A stretch of DNA of 63,185 nucleotides, taken from the IMG/VR virus record IMGVR_UViG_3300013126_000002, positions 1 to 63,185 of that record; one strand, 5' to 3'. Position 1 is the first letter of the stretch. Each line of letters opens with the position of its first letter. Under the pieces are notes generated by a model. That model was given only the letters and a program-made list of their open reading frames with translations. It ran no database searches and was not told where the DNA came from. The translations under genes were made by a program, and so were the position numbers. Positions 29,201 to 36,900 of the stretch are shown one piece after another. This stretch comes from a virus (Duplodnaviria; Caudoviricetes).

Positions 29201-29856
29201 TCTTGCTGGCTAAGAACAACACGGCGTTCGTGCAGGCCATCGCACAACGCGCCAGCATCTACGGCAGCGGCAAGCAGATCGGTAGCGGGTACAACGAGCG
29301 CGATACGTTCCGCAACGGCAAGCTCGGCGGCCTGCATCAGGAGTATATGGGCGACAAGCTGGTCAAGAAACCGGCAGGGTATGGCAAGTATTGCCCCGTC
29401 AATTACAAGGGCACCAGCAATGGTATGCCTGCCTTGGCCGAGTTCCGGATATTCCAAAGCACGCTGAACGAAGCCAGCTTCCGCAAGAACCTTGAGTTCG
29501 TGTGGGCACTGCTCGATTGGGTGCAGCAGCCGTCCGGTGGGTCTGTCAGCCATACCGACTTCTGTGCATGGCTTGGCCGTCCGGAGAACCGCAAGCAGTA
29601 TCCGAATCTGGTGGCCTACCTGATGCGTGACGAGTACAGCATCAAAGGCGCAAAGCGGGTTACCAATACTTGGTTCGGGCATATCAACCCGCCCAAGAAA
29701 GACCGCCGCGAGCCCGCTGTCGATGAGGAATCTATCGAGGACGCTCCGACTACTATGACGTTGACGGAGACGATCCCTGTGGTCACTATCGACTTGCCGT
29801 TTACCACCAGCACCACAACCAGCTCTACCTATGCTGTATACACCACTGCCCGTTAA
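26203..29856 (+). CDS. Large putative amidoligase (COOH-NH2 ligase) with CxxC Zn-ribbon array and long unknown N-terminus
   Basis: GVELEV, ERDGSL, GVEFVSAP, GIHISV and EFRIFQST motifs; several CxxC pairs upstream of them. Confidence 0.85.
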   Translation: MTTVTTTAMPKVSLNSPTLVQELAAHQQEGRVAGMHVLIDIPAELAELFRYRAMTSSSPLFHTLEAEKPEAFKQLRRYLSLMHYTAWNVRTNAYMVKIGRIGDNTHMDETVPSLMAHPAGRVPEWQVDHGAGQSTHISMMTDWQTPSAAPTPSPASSTAFVSSAPATPAWVYTPRVKRVLPAWMKGTIGDNFTGNIRAVVQVRGRNALAPVMMDTPISALNLTTNIMAPASPSSGASQGVMPITEHMLNWARGRHVATAAYSHMRNAEMRTEAVNIMTKMMEENPDLFQSADGTPRFVSPSTAYAESPWSGTSSFWSHHPAMSSVRMVTTGATTTMCFGTRSEQEQFINSYGDTTVTESIPLGAYAGLLPCVVTAWRRLSAHTYDSISISEGRHYAIGRNLLCVPLSLPTWRSASSRVAFEGVEPNNTAIWAWFMRAEGASVNAGAGDEALPLAVVTQNINTRTWSIYYLKGVVHDCPLTASQPIDPSLIVESPTSAIHVEAKNDLLALGVSKAAATRALHLSFRIATGAFAKALGNQYENGRVSTTEALSSIDSFCAYGLVGSEDNSGVQVYTRSIKWLSQLCSNMSFALSSVQRNALAGQHIGSYLVTSFPTALGDAMTHSRMIANTQQSAQALHMATALWRGIHVPNCNTRRAVEMLGTLNTYLVNTSTALHREVRTTLRTNGSPVTDPIAYRFVYCPLTQRIWLRLVPDGEAANDGRMVNHPSASEVHATLGVRDMVMRCCVGCGTIVTIDCDLDVPMWWSPATHETEAGEICGLCRQTNYDTCECCGQASLRTNMFRTATGGRACNSCAPHYRRCTSCNTLTHENEHEACNGMCSRCHAEAQRELRQRESMPFGGYHQTRRNGSFFTERNADPKDKSIPLGVELEVCCTGDHRDDVLHELGKKGYGHYFIAERDGSLSDERGVEFVSAPMTRSMWECVLSGKPTPHGHSLNVCADMLGYGVRGYNVKGNYGTYGIHISVARHRLTPLQEARILAFLLAKNNTAFVQAIAQRASIYGSGKQIGSGYNERDTFRNGKLGGLHQEYMGDKLVKKPAGYGKYCPVNYKGTSNGMPALAEFRIFQSTLNEASFRKNLEFVWALLDWVQQPSGGSVSHTDFCAWLGRPENRKQYPNLVAYLMRDEYSIKGAKRVTNTWFGHINPPKKDRREPAVDEESIEDAPTTMTLTETIPVVTIDLPFTTSTTTSSTYAVYTTAR
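27628..27649. promoter_or_regulatory. 22-bp palindrome copy 8 (intragenic)
   Basis: GACTGTCCGTTAACAGCCAGTC. Confidence 0.8.
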
Positions 29857-29865
29857 CGACCAGTG
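29844..29865. promoter_or_regulatory. 22-bp palindrome copy 9 (contains the amidoligase stop codon)
   Basis: CACTGCCCGTTAACGACCAGTG. Confidence 0.85.
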
Positions 29866-29893
29866 AACTAACTATCTATAAAGGAGTAATACC

Positions 29894-31192
29894 ATGTGTT
29901 TGATTATTGTTAAGCCCGTTGCTGCAACCTTCTCTGACGAATGGCTGCGCGACTTCTACTCTCGCAACGCTGATGGCTACGGCTTCATGTATGCCAAGGA
30001 CGGCGAGCTTATCGTTGACAAGGCAGTCCCCAAGACCGCTGACGAGTGGGTCACCGCGTTCCGTAAGCATGAGGAGTATGCCTGCGCTATCCACCTGCGT
30101 ATGCGTACCCACGGCGACATCGACCTTGCCAATGCCCACCCCTATCCGGTACTGACCAAAGAGGTCAATGGCCGCGATGTGTGGATGATGCACAACGGCA
30201 TCCTGTCGGGCGTAGCTTCCGACAATACCAAGATGTCCGATACGTGGCACTTCATCCGTGACGAGGTGCGCCCCATGCTTGAGCGTGACCCCGACCTGCT
30301 TACTGTCGAGCCGTTCCAGAAATGGCTGGGCAACCGCATCGGGTACAACAACAAGCTGGTGTTCGCCGATAACCTCGGCAACGTGGTCGTCATCAACAAG
30401 TCTGCGGGCAACGAGTTCAAGGGTTGCTGGCTGTCCAACACGTATGCTTGGTCGTACTCCATGCGTAATCAGGAGTCACCCGTTGCCAAGACCTACTTTC
30501 GTAACGGACGCTATATGTCCGAAGCGGAATGGGATGAGGAGTTCAGCGGTCACTACGGCAAGGTCAATGCTGGCGGCGGCTTCGTTGGCGGCAACAACGG
30601 CGCGTATCGTGGCTACAACGGCGGCGGCTCGTACTCTGGCAATAGCCATCGCTCTCTGGGGTCGTATACGCCTCCGGTGCCTCAGCCCGCACCCATCACG
30701 TCATCTGCCAAGCCCAGCCAGCCCGACCTGTATAACAAGGGCAAGGACTTCCAGACCTATGCGAACGGCGTCAATGTCGTACGCTACGATGCGGCGGCCA
30801 CGTCCCGTAAGGGCAAGAAAGGCAAGAAGAACGCCACCAAGAACCTGCCGGTAATCGATGGGCATGAGATGGTGTATATGTCTCGCAGCGAGTTCCTCGA
30901 CTACGCCACCTTCGCGCCGGGGCTGCTGTGGACGGCGTTTTCCGAGCTGTGCCTTGAGCTTGATCTGGAAACTGTCGTCACCTCCATCGATGATGACGAG
31001 GCCGACATGGAAGATTTGTCGAACGAGATCGAATCTGAAGCCGCCAAGATCGTAACGCAACGTGACGATGACGTGCCGCTGTTCGATCAGTCTCAGGCCG
31101 TCAAGACCGTGACTGCGCTCGATGACGAGTACGCCGAAGCCAACGCGCAGGTGCTGTCCGAACTGGGCTTCAAGGAGGGCTACCATGAGTAA
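29894..31192 (+). CDS. Class II (Ntn) glutamine amidotransferase
   Basis: N-terminal MC, N.DGYG, HLRMRTHG, NAHPY, HNGIL and SDT motifs; acidic C-terminal extension. Confidence 0.9.
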   Translation: MCLIIVKPVAATFSDEWLRDFYSRNADGYGFMYAKDGELIVDKAVPKTADEWVTAFRKHEEYACAIHLRMRTHGDIDLANAHPYPVLTKEVNGRDVWMMHNGILSGVASDNTKMSDTWHFIRDEVRPMLERDPDLLTVEPFQKWLGNRIGYNNKLVFADNLGNVVVINKSAGNEFKGCWLSNTYAWSYSMRNQESPVAKTYFRNGRYMSEAEWDEEFSGHYGKVNAGGGFVGGNNGAYRGYNGGGSYSGNSHRSLGSYTPPVPQPAPITSSAKPSQPDLYNKGKDFQTYANGVNVVRYDAAATSRKGKKGKKNATKNLPVIDGHEMVYMSRSEFLDYATFAPGLLWTAFSELCLELDLETVVTSIDDDEADMEDLSNEIESEAAKIVTQRDDDVPLFDQSQAVKTVTALDDEYAEANAQVLSELGFKEGYHE

Positions 31193-31448
31193 GCGAGACG
31201 CCACCCTGAACGATGTCATGCAGCGCCTGATCCGTGTGGAAACCCGCGTCACCACGCTGGGCAACCACATGGGCTGCGAAATGGGCAACGCCCTCGACCG
31301 CATCTATCTGGACGAGCAGAACCGCATCACTCTGCGCGGCCTCGATAGCCCCCTGTCGGCCATCCTCCAGTTCTGCCGTCTGGCAGGGCTGACTGGCGAA
31401 CAGCGGGTGTGGTACGCAGGCAAAATCTTCTGCGTGATTTGGGCTTGA
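31185..31448 (+). CDS. Hypothetical protein
   Basis: AAGGAGG RBS; RLIRVETRV. Confidence 0.7.
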   Translation: MSKRDATLNDVMQRLIRVETRVTTLGNHMGCEMGNALDRIYLDEQNRITLRGLDSPLSAILQFCRLAGLTGEQRVWYAGKIFCVIWA

Positions 31449-31473
31449 CAAGTTAGTCAAGTAAGTGTAATCT
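31445..31473 (+). promoter_or_regulatory. Promoter P5
   Basis: TTGACA-17-TAATCT. Confidence 0.7.
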
Positions 31474-31480
31474 GAGAGGT

Positions 31481-31502
31481 GACTGCCCGTTAACAGGCAG
31501 TC
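31481..31502. promoter_or_regulatory. 22-bp palindrome copy 10 (at about +1 of P5)
   Basis: GACTGCCCGTTAACAGGCAGTC, extended by GGT/ACC. Confidence 0.85.
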
Positions 31503-31517
31503 ACCCAAGGAGACTGT

Positions 31518-31688
31518 ATGACAGCCCAGATTATTGATCTGATGCGGTATCTGAAGGCCAAGGTTCGTCCGGTCTACACGTATACCTGCAAGATGTGTGG
31601 ACGCCCCGCTACGTGGCACTCGGAGCGGTCGTTCTGTGACAAGTGTGTACCACTGCCCAAAGGAGATAAGCATGGAAACGACAGGTAA
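31518..31688 (+). CDS. Small Zn-finger protein (56 aa; not in ORF track)
   Basis: AAGGAG RBS; CKMC...CDKC. Confidence 0.65.
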   Translation: MTAQIIDLMRYLKAKVRPVYTYTCKMCGRPATWHSERSFCDKCVPLPKGDKHGNDR

Positions 31689-31884
31689 ACTGATCTGCGC
31701 CATTACAGGGCGCAAGATGAAGGTAGGGGAGGAGGTTGTGTCTTTCAGGGGTGAGATGTATACCCTTGTTGGATGGGATGCCCCTAAACGCGAAGGCAGC
31801 TCAGGTCGCGTGTATGTGAAGGACGCAACGGGAGAAGTGCAGGAGTATTTCCCTAGCGTGTTTGAAGCCAAGTTCGATAATTAA
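31672..31884 (+). CDS. Hypothetical protein
   Basis: AAAGGAG RBS; METTGKLIC... Confidence 0.7.
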   Translation: METTGKLICAITGRKMKVGEEVVSFRGEMYTLVGWDAPKREGSSGRVYVKDATGEVQEYFPSVFEAKFDN

Positions 31885-31953
31885 CAGTCGGGCCGGATGG
31901 CACTACTATGCCGTCCGGTCAGTCACCAACCCAACTAGTTATAGGAGACAAAA

Positions 31954-32760
31954 ATGAGCGAACCTAGAGTGTCGCGCAAAGCAGCAATCCTTGAGTACCT
32001 TAGTCGAGTACCTGATGGGGTGCGCGGTTCAGTAATTATGGAGGCACTGAACTTACCCCTGAACTTCTCCAGCGGGTATATGCGGGCGCACGTCAAGAGC
32101 GGTATGGTCGAGGTAATCAGCACCAACCCCAAAATCTACCGTATCACCAAGCACGGGCTGGCCGAGATCGGCGGTGCAGTGGGCACGGCCACGAATGTTC
32201 CCCCACGCGACCTTGCCCTTATTGAAAGACGGCCATCCACGCCCCCACTGGTCGTTAACGGGCAGTCAGCACTGGATAGCGCCATCGAAGCGCTGGCCGA
32301 TGCGCTAGTTGCCCGCGTGTCCGATGTCGTAGAGGCCAAGGTCGAAGGACTGATCGCAGGTATAGTGGAGACGCAGGTAGCCCGCAGTCTGGAGAAGCTG
32401 ACTGCTTCCATCAAGCCTGCCACAGGGCTGGGCATGGAGGCATATCGTACAAAACTGGCCGCTCCACCGCCTAAAGCAAAGCTGCCCCGTGTCTTGGTAG
32501 GTGGGTTGCTTCCCGATCAGGCCAACATCATCCAGAAAGAGTTTTCCGATGCGCTGGATATTCGGTTCTTGGGCGCTAACGAGAACGTGCAGTTGTGGAA
32601 GTCCAACGCGTCCCATGCGGATGCGGTGTTCGTGTTTGCAGACAAGATCAGCCACATGCTGATCCGTGCAGTAGAGAGCGTAGGAGCAACGCCCATCATC
32701 GTTAAGGGCGGCATGTCATCCCTGCGCGAAGCGCTAACCAAATACTACGTGGAGGTGTGA
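31954..32760 (+). CDS. Putative winged-HTH regulator with C-terminal DUF2325-like domain
   Basis: N-terminal AILEYL...YRITKHG resembles wHTH; C-terminal ADAVFVFADKISH...GGMSSL. Confidence 0.6.
   Translation: MSEPRVSRKAAILEYLSRVPDGVRGSVIMEALNLPLNFSSGYMRAHVKSGMVEVISTNPKIYRITKHGLAEIGGAVGTATNVPPRDLALIERRPSTPPLVVNGQSALDSAIEALADALVARVSDVVEAKVEGLIAGIVETQVARSLEKLTASIKPATGLGMEAYRTKLAAPPPKAKLPRVLVGGLLPDQANIIQKEFSDALDIRFLGANENVQLWKSNASHADAVFVFADKISHMLIRAVESVGATPIIVKGGMSSLREALTKYYVEV
32246..32267. promoter_or_regulatory. 22-bp palindrome copy 11 (intragenic)
   Basis: CACTGGTCGTTAACGGGCAGTC. Confidence 0.8.
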
Positions 32761-32761
32761 T

Positions 32762-32902
32762 ATGCCTATGTATGTGGATGAGAATGACGTGATCGTACGC
32801 ATCACGTTCGACAGGGTAGCGTGCGAACAGCCGTTGAAAGAGTCGGTGGTTCGCAAGCTGGTCAACAGCGTGTGGTTCTTGGTATTCGGAGGTGTGCGAT
32901 GA
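32762..32902 (+). CDS. Small hypothetical protein
   Basis: GGAGG RBS; fills the gap with ATGA coupling to the next gene. Confidence 0.55.
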   Translation: MPMYVDENDVIVRITFDRVACEQPLKESVVRKLVNSVWFLVFGGVR

Positions 32903-33054
32903 GGTACTGGATATGCAGGGAAGATGGTGACACGTTCATCCTTCCCGCCAAAACTGAAGCGGCAGCCCGTGAGGCTGCGATCATCTACAACGCCACGGTC
33001 GTAAGAGAGGCCACGGCAGACGAGGTGGCTGCGGCCAAACGGGAGGCAAAATGA
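32899..33054 (+). CDS. Small hypothetical protein
   Basis: GGAGG RBS; ATGA overlaps at both ends. Confidence 0.65.
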   Translation: MRYWICREDGDTFILPAKTEAAAREAAIIYNATVVREATADEVAAAKREAK

Positions 33055-33248
33055 CCGAGTACAGAGTGACATACAGGATATTTTGCGGCGGCGACTCGCG
33101 GCTGTTGTTTGTAGAAGCCGATGGCCCTATTGCGGCTGAAGCGGTGGCGCTGGATCACATCCGCCGTACCTATGGGCACGCGCAGTCCCATATCAGGTCG
33201 GTAGAGCCGTACATCCGCCCCGTAGGGGGGCGGGTAATTTCAGACTAG
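33051..33248 (+). CDS. Small hypothetical protein
   Basis: GGAGG RBS. Confidence 0.65.
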   Translation: MTEYRVTYRIFCGGDSRLLFVEADGPIAAEAVALDHIRRTYGHAQSHIRSVEPYIRPVGGRVISD

Positions 33249-33259
33249 AGGAGAACGAA

Positions 33260-33424
33260 ATGTTCCGTAATTACGACAACATGGACGACTGGTGGGATGC
33301 GGTCGGAAAGGAGAAGTGGCGTGAACTGGAACGCGAGAAGGCAGCCGAGCGTGCAGCAGACGCTGCAAGAGCAGCACAGGAAGAACGTGACCGAGCTAAT
33401 CCTGAACATGATAAAGGAGTTTAA
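33260..33424 (+). CDS. Small hypothetical protein (54 aa; not in ORF track)
   Basis: GAGGAG RBS; MFRNYDNMDDWW... Confidence 0.6.
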   Translation: MFRNYDNMDDWWDAVGKEKWRELEREKAAERAADAARAAQEERDRANPEHDKGV

Positions 33425-33636
33425 TGATGGACAAGAAGTATTCGGGCAAGGTAGTCAACCTGCCCATCGAGACGCACCAGCGGTTGGAAGCATATCGTGC
33501 AAAACTGTCGGCGCATTTAGGGTTTACACCCTCGTTGTCGGAGACTATCGCGTTCGCGCTTAAGGCGCGTGAACGTGACGAGCAGGCTAAAGACTGCCCG
33601 TTAACGACCAGTGAAGGTGCGACTGATGACCGTTAA
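33424..33636 (+). CDS. Putative ribbon-helix-helix DNA-binding protein
   Basis: KVVNLP.ETHQRL...SLSETIAFAL pattern. Confidence 0.5.
   Translation: MMDKKYSGKVVNLPIETHQRLEAYRAKLSAHLGFTPSLSETIAFALKARERDEQAKDCPLTTSEGATDDR
33592..33613. promoter_or_regulatory. 22-bp palindrome copy 12 (intragenic)
   Basis: GACTGCCCGTTAACGACCAGTG. Confidence 0.85.
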
Positions 33637-33943
33637 GGACGTTATCCTGCAAGCGTTGCAGGCCAAGGATCAGACCACTTCCGAGCTGGAGGCCTTGGGG
33701 TTTCACCGCGACACTGTGCAGCGCCGTACCAAGGAGTTGGTGGAGGAAGGGCTGGTGTTCAGGTGTGGCAGGGGCAGCAAGACCTACTACACGACCAAGG
33801 GCAAGGGCGTATTTCCCACCAAGAAAGAACGCCCCCTCACCCTGCCCGACCTCCCGCCACTTATGTTGTGGTGGGGCGGGTACAACGACAAATCCCCTGA
33901 TCCTGATCAGGGGCGATACATCAACGGAGGGCAATGGTCATGA
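33626..33943 (+). CDS. Winged-HTH DNA-binding protein
   Basis: ILQAL..TTSEL..RDTVQRRTKELVEEGLV.R.GRG. Confidence 0.7.
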   Translation: MTVKDVILQALQAKDQTTSELEALGFHRDTVQRRTKELVEEGLVFRCGRGSKTYYTTKGKGVFPTKKERPLTLPDLPPLMLWWGGYNDKSPDPDQGRYINGGQWS

Positions 33944-34149
33944 GTACGAATCGCAGGTATAGCGTAGGAGACAAGGTAATGCTGAACACCGCAGCCTTGT
34001 TCGCCTCCCCCATCCGCACCAACAAGTGGATCGAGGCAGAAATCAAGGACAGGACGCCGACACGCGCATCGCCCCGCTATTGGGTATTCCACGACTGTGG
34101 CAGTCCTTTGTGGGTGTCTGATCACATGCTGAAGGAGAAAGAACAATGA
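33940..34149 (+). CDS. Hypothetical protein
   Basis: YSVGDKV, SH3-like; ATGA coupling. Confidence 0.6.
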   Translation: MSTNRRYSVGDKVMLNTAALFASPIRTNKWIEAEIKDRTPTRASPRYWVFHDCGSPLWVSDHMLKEKEQ

Positions 34150-34517
34150 ACGAAGAATTGCAGAAAAACGCAGCCGACCTGCTGCTGATGCTGAAAGACG
34201 GTATCGAAAAAGGTACGCAAGTAGCCGGTGAGCAACTGCCTGATCTGGCCTACCAGTATGTGATGTATGGTCGGGTAACGCTTACCTTCGGTGTGCTGTG
34301 CGGCATCGCCATGCTTGCCTTCACAGTCTATTACGCCAACAGAATAGCTAAAAGAGCCGAGGACGAAGGACAAGATCATGTCTTGGTGTGGATTGCAGCA
34401 GCAATCTCTCTAACAATCTTTGGTGTACCAACAACAGTTGCCTTGCCTGAGTTCTTCATGGTCTGGTTCGCCCCGAAAATCTGGTTGTTACAAGAAATTG
34501 CGAAGGTGCTGAAATGA
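34146..34517 (+). CDS. Membrane protein
   Basis: Two hydrophobic segments; EQLPD and WFAPKIWLL motifs common in phages. Confidence 0.75.
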   Translation: MNEELQKNAADLLLMLKDGIEKGTQVAGEQLPDLAYQYVMYGRVTLTFGVLCGIAMLAFTVYYANRIAKRAEDEGQDHVLVWIAAAISLTIFGVPTTVALPEFFMVWFAPKIWLLQEIAKVLK

Positions 34518-34687
34518 CTTTCGATGAGTGGCTTGAAACCGCCAACACTGATCGTATAACTCTAAGGGATGCATGGCAAGCAAGCCGCAAACAGGCGTTT
34601 ATAGAGGCGGCAGGAGTATGTGATGACTTTGAGGCGTTTGCAGTTAAGGCGGACATCCTCGCCCTTGTGGAGAAAGAACATGACTGA
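34514..34687 (+). CDS. Small hypothetical protein (not in ORF track)
   Basis: MTFDEWL...AWQA; ATGA coupling. Confidence 0.6.
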   Translation: MTFDEWLETANTDRITLRDAWQASRKQAFIEAAGVCDDFEAFAVKADILALVEKEHD

Positions 34688-34916
34688 CATTATCGAAAGA
34701 CTGCGCTCACCGGCTGTCGTGTTTTACGAGTACGCTGCAGATGACGGTGCGTTGCTTAAAGAAGCCGCTGATGAGATTGAACGCCTCCGTGAAGAACTAG
34801 CGAAAGCGCAGAAGGATGCGGAGAAGTGGCAGCAGCATGTAGCAAGACAACGCGCACCTGCCCATAGTTGTGACATTGAAGGTTGCGCTGTGTGCGACCC
34901 GACCTACGGATTGTGA
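34680..34916 (+). CDS. Hypothetical protein
   Basis: MTDIIERLR...EAADEIERLR motif. Confidence 0.7.
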   Translation: MTDIIERLRSPAVVFYEYAADDGALLKEAADEIERLREELAKAQKDAEKWQQHVARQRAPAHSCDIEGCAVCDPTYGL

Positions 34917-34925
34917 GGAATCGAA

Positions 34926-35270
34926 ATGAAAGACCAAGTAACTTTAACCAAGGAGAAACAAATGAACAGTCAAGCAGAAACTATCACTATCAATGGCGTT
35001 GATTATGTGCGTGCAGATCAAGCCAAACATATCATCGGGAATCGCCAAGTTGTTGTCGTGGATCGTGGTTGGATTTTCGCCGGAGATATGGAGCGCGTTG
35101 ACGGACGTATCAAGCTGACCCGCGCACTCCACGTTTTCAAGTGGGAATCCATCGGCTTTGCAAAGATGGTAGAAACCGCCAAAGCAGACCTGCGCCCGAT
35201 TGCTGATGTTGACATTCCAGCAGACTCCGAAATCTTCTCTATTCCGGTAGAAGAATCATGGGGGCTGTAA
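34926..35270 (+). CDS. Conserved phage protein (DUF6948-like)
   Basis: ITINGVDYVRAD..VVVDRGWIFAG; the start may be at 34962. Confidence 0.65.
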   Translation: MKDQVTLTKEKQMNSQAETITINGVDYVRADQAKHIIGNRQVVVVDRGWIFAGDMERVDGRIKLTRALHVFKWESIGFAKMVETAKADLRPIADVDIPADSEIFSIPVEESWGL

Positions 35271-35512
35271 CGGAGTTTAGACCTGTCGGCTACGGCGACG
35301 GCAACGGCAACGGCAGCGGCTACGGCAACGGCAGCGGCTACGGCGACGGCGACGGCAACGGCTACGGCAACGGCAGCGGCTACGGCAACGGCGACGGCAA
35401 CGGCTACGGCGACGGCTACGGCTACGGCAACGGCGACGGCAACGGCTACGGCGACGGCGACGGCTACGGCTACGGCACTATCAGAAAGAACAACCGGAGG
35501 CGTAGATCATGA
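35258..35512 (+). CDS. Glycine-rich (G-Y/D/N/S) repeat protein
   Basis: GYGDGNG repeats and a basic tail. Confidence 0.65.
   Translation: MGAVTEFRPVGYGDGNGNGSGYGNGSGYGDGDGNGYGNGSGYGNGDGNGYGDGYGYGNGDGNGYGDGDGYGYGTIRKNNRRRRS
35288..35476. repeat. Hexamer tandem repeat GGC(TAC/GAC/AAC/AGC)
   Basis: About 30 consecutive units. Confidence 0.9.
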
Positions 35513-35835
35513 CCACCAAAGACCAAGAGCCAGTAGCGTGGGAATGTGTAAACCGAGTAGATAAGACTGTCTACCTGACACGCCAACCGATTACGTCAGA
35601 GTTTGCTGACACACTTTGGAAATGCACCCCGCTCTACGCCCACCCCACAGACCTCGTTGCCGAGAACGGAACATGGACATGGGGAAAGAATGAAAAAGAC
35701 GGGGAGTTTTTCATCGAATCATCCGATTTCACCCATGATGTGCGCTTGTATCTCAACGGAGACTTTGCGGATGAACAGCAGAAGATTATGTACCTGACCG
35801 AGATTGCCAAACGGCTTAACCTCAACGGAGTATGA
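35509..35835 (+). CDS. Hypothetical protein
   Basis: EPVAW...PLYAHP fused to a DFTHDVRL..GDF module. Confidence 0.7.
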   Translation: MTTKDQEPVAWECVNRVDKTVYLTRQPITSEFADTLWKCTPLYAHPTDLVAENGTWTWGKNEKDGEFFIESSDFTHDVRLYLNGDFADEQQKIMYLTEIAKRLNLNGV

Positions 35836-35836
35836 A

Positions 35837-36016
35837 ATGACCAAGCGAATCGTTCTTAACCGTGTACTGACGCGCGAGATTGGAAGGCCGGTTAGAACAG
35901 GATCGAGCAGGTACAACAGACAACGCACCTTGAGGATATTCACTAGCTGCCGGTACAGAGGCGGCGTGTGGCTGACCAGAGAGGTAAGGCGCAGCATGAT
36001 GGAGGATTTGAAATGA
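35837..36016 (+). CDS. Small basic hypothetical protein
   Basis: GGAG RBS; ATGA coupling. Confidence 0.5.
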   Translation: MTKRIVLNRVLTREIGRPVRTGSSRYNRQRTLRIFTSCRYRGGVWLTREVRRSMMEDLK

Positions 36017-36348
36017 CCACCAGAGAGGTATTGATTGAGGCGGCACAGGCTGTGCGCTACATACTGGATACTGACACGCCAGATCACGACAACAGAAAGT
36101 TGGAGGTTCGCATAGCCCAAGCAGTCATTGACTGCGTAAAACAAGAAGCCCTCGTTGCCGAGAAGGATGCTGAGCTTGAACGGCTGCGCGCTGAGATTGC
36201 CAAACTTACCAAGTGCATTGAACGGATGCGTGTTGCAGGTGGTTCACAAGAGTTCCACGCGGCGTTTGAACTAGCGAAGGATGCAATTGCGCCAAACAGC
36301 GACCATCACGGAGAGGATTGGACACAACGAGATTCGGAGTATTTGTAA
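36013..36348 (+). CDS. Hypothetical protein
   Basis: GGAGG RBS; coiled-coil segment. Confidence 0.65.
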   Translation: MTTREVLIEAAQAVRYILDTDTPDHDNRKLEVRIAQAVIDCVKQEALVAEKDAELERLRAEIAKLTKCIERMRVAGGSQEFHAAFELAKDAIAPNSDHHGEDWTQRDSEYL

Positions 36349-36794
36349 TGAACTGTTCAAACTGGCCTAGCGCCTACGAAGTATGGGTACAACGCAGTGA
36401 CACTAATCACGGATGGCGGCGGTATAGCATTTATGAATCTTATGAGCAGGCGGAAGCCACGGTAAAACGTGTCGAAGGTGCGCCGCTGGAATTGAAGATT
36501 GTTCCGCTGTATGTCGCAGCACCTGACCAAACAGACGCCCTCGTTGCAGCCACATACATGGCGGCAGCGGATGTGTGTGAAAAAGCAATGCCACTTCATG
36601 CAACCGCTACGGGGGTATATGTTTCAGAAAAAATCCGCGCTCTCACCCCTGCTGATGCGCTGGCAAAGCTCAGGGAGTTGATGCTGGAGGTGGCGACACG
36701 GGCAGCGTTTGATGCGGTACTAAAAGGCGGCAGATCGATGGATGACCTTGAAGCCATAGTAGACGAGGTGCTTGGGAAACGTAAAGCCAAATGA
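36348..36794 (+). CDS. Hypothetical protein
   Basis: GGAG RBS; TAATG coupling. Confidence 0.65.
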   Translation: MNCSNWPSAYEVWVQRSDTNHGWRRYSIYESYEQAEATVKRVEGAPLELKIVPLYVAAPDQTDALVAATYMAAADVCEKAMPLHATATGVYVSEKIRALTPADALAKLRELMLEVATRAAFDAVLKGGRSMDDLEAIVDEVLGKRKAK

Positions 36795-36900
36795 CCGGAA
36801 ACGTAAAGGGGTTCTGCATGGCAATCATTAGAGAGAGCAAAAGTCTTGAAGTGGATGGGTGTGTGGAGAAACGTAAAGCCAGCGAATAGGAAACGTAAAC

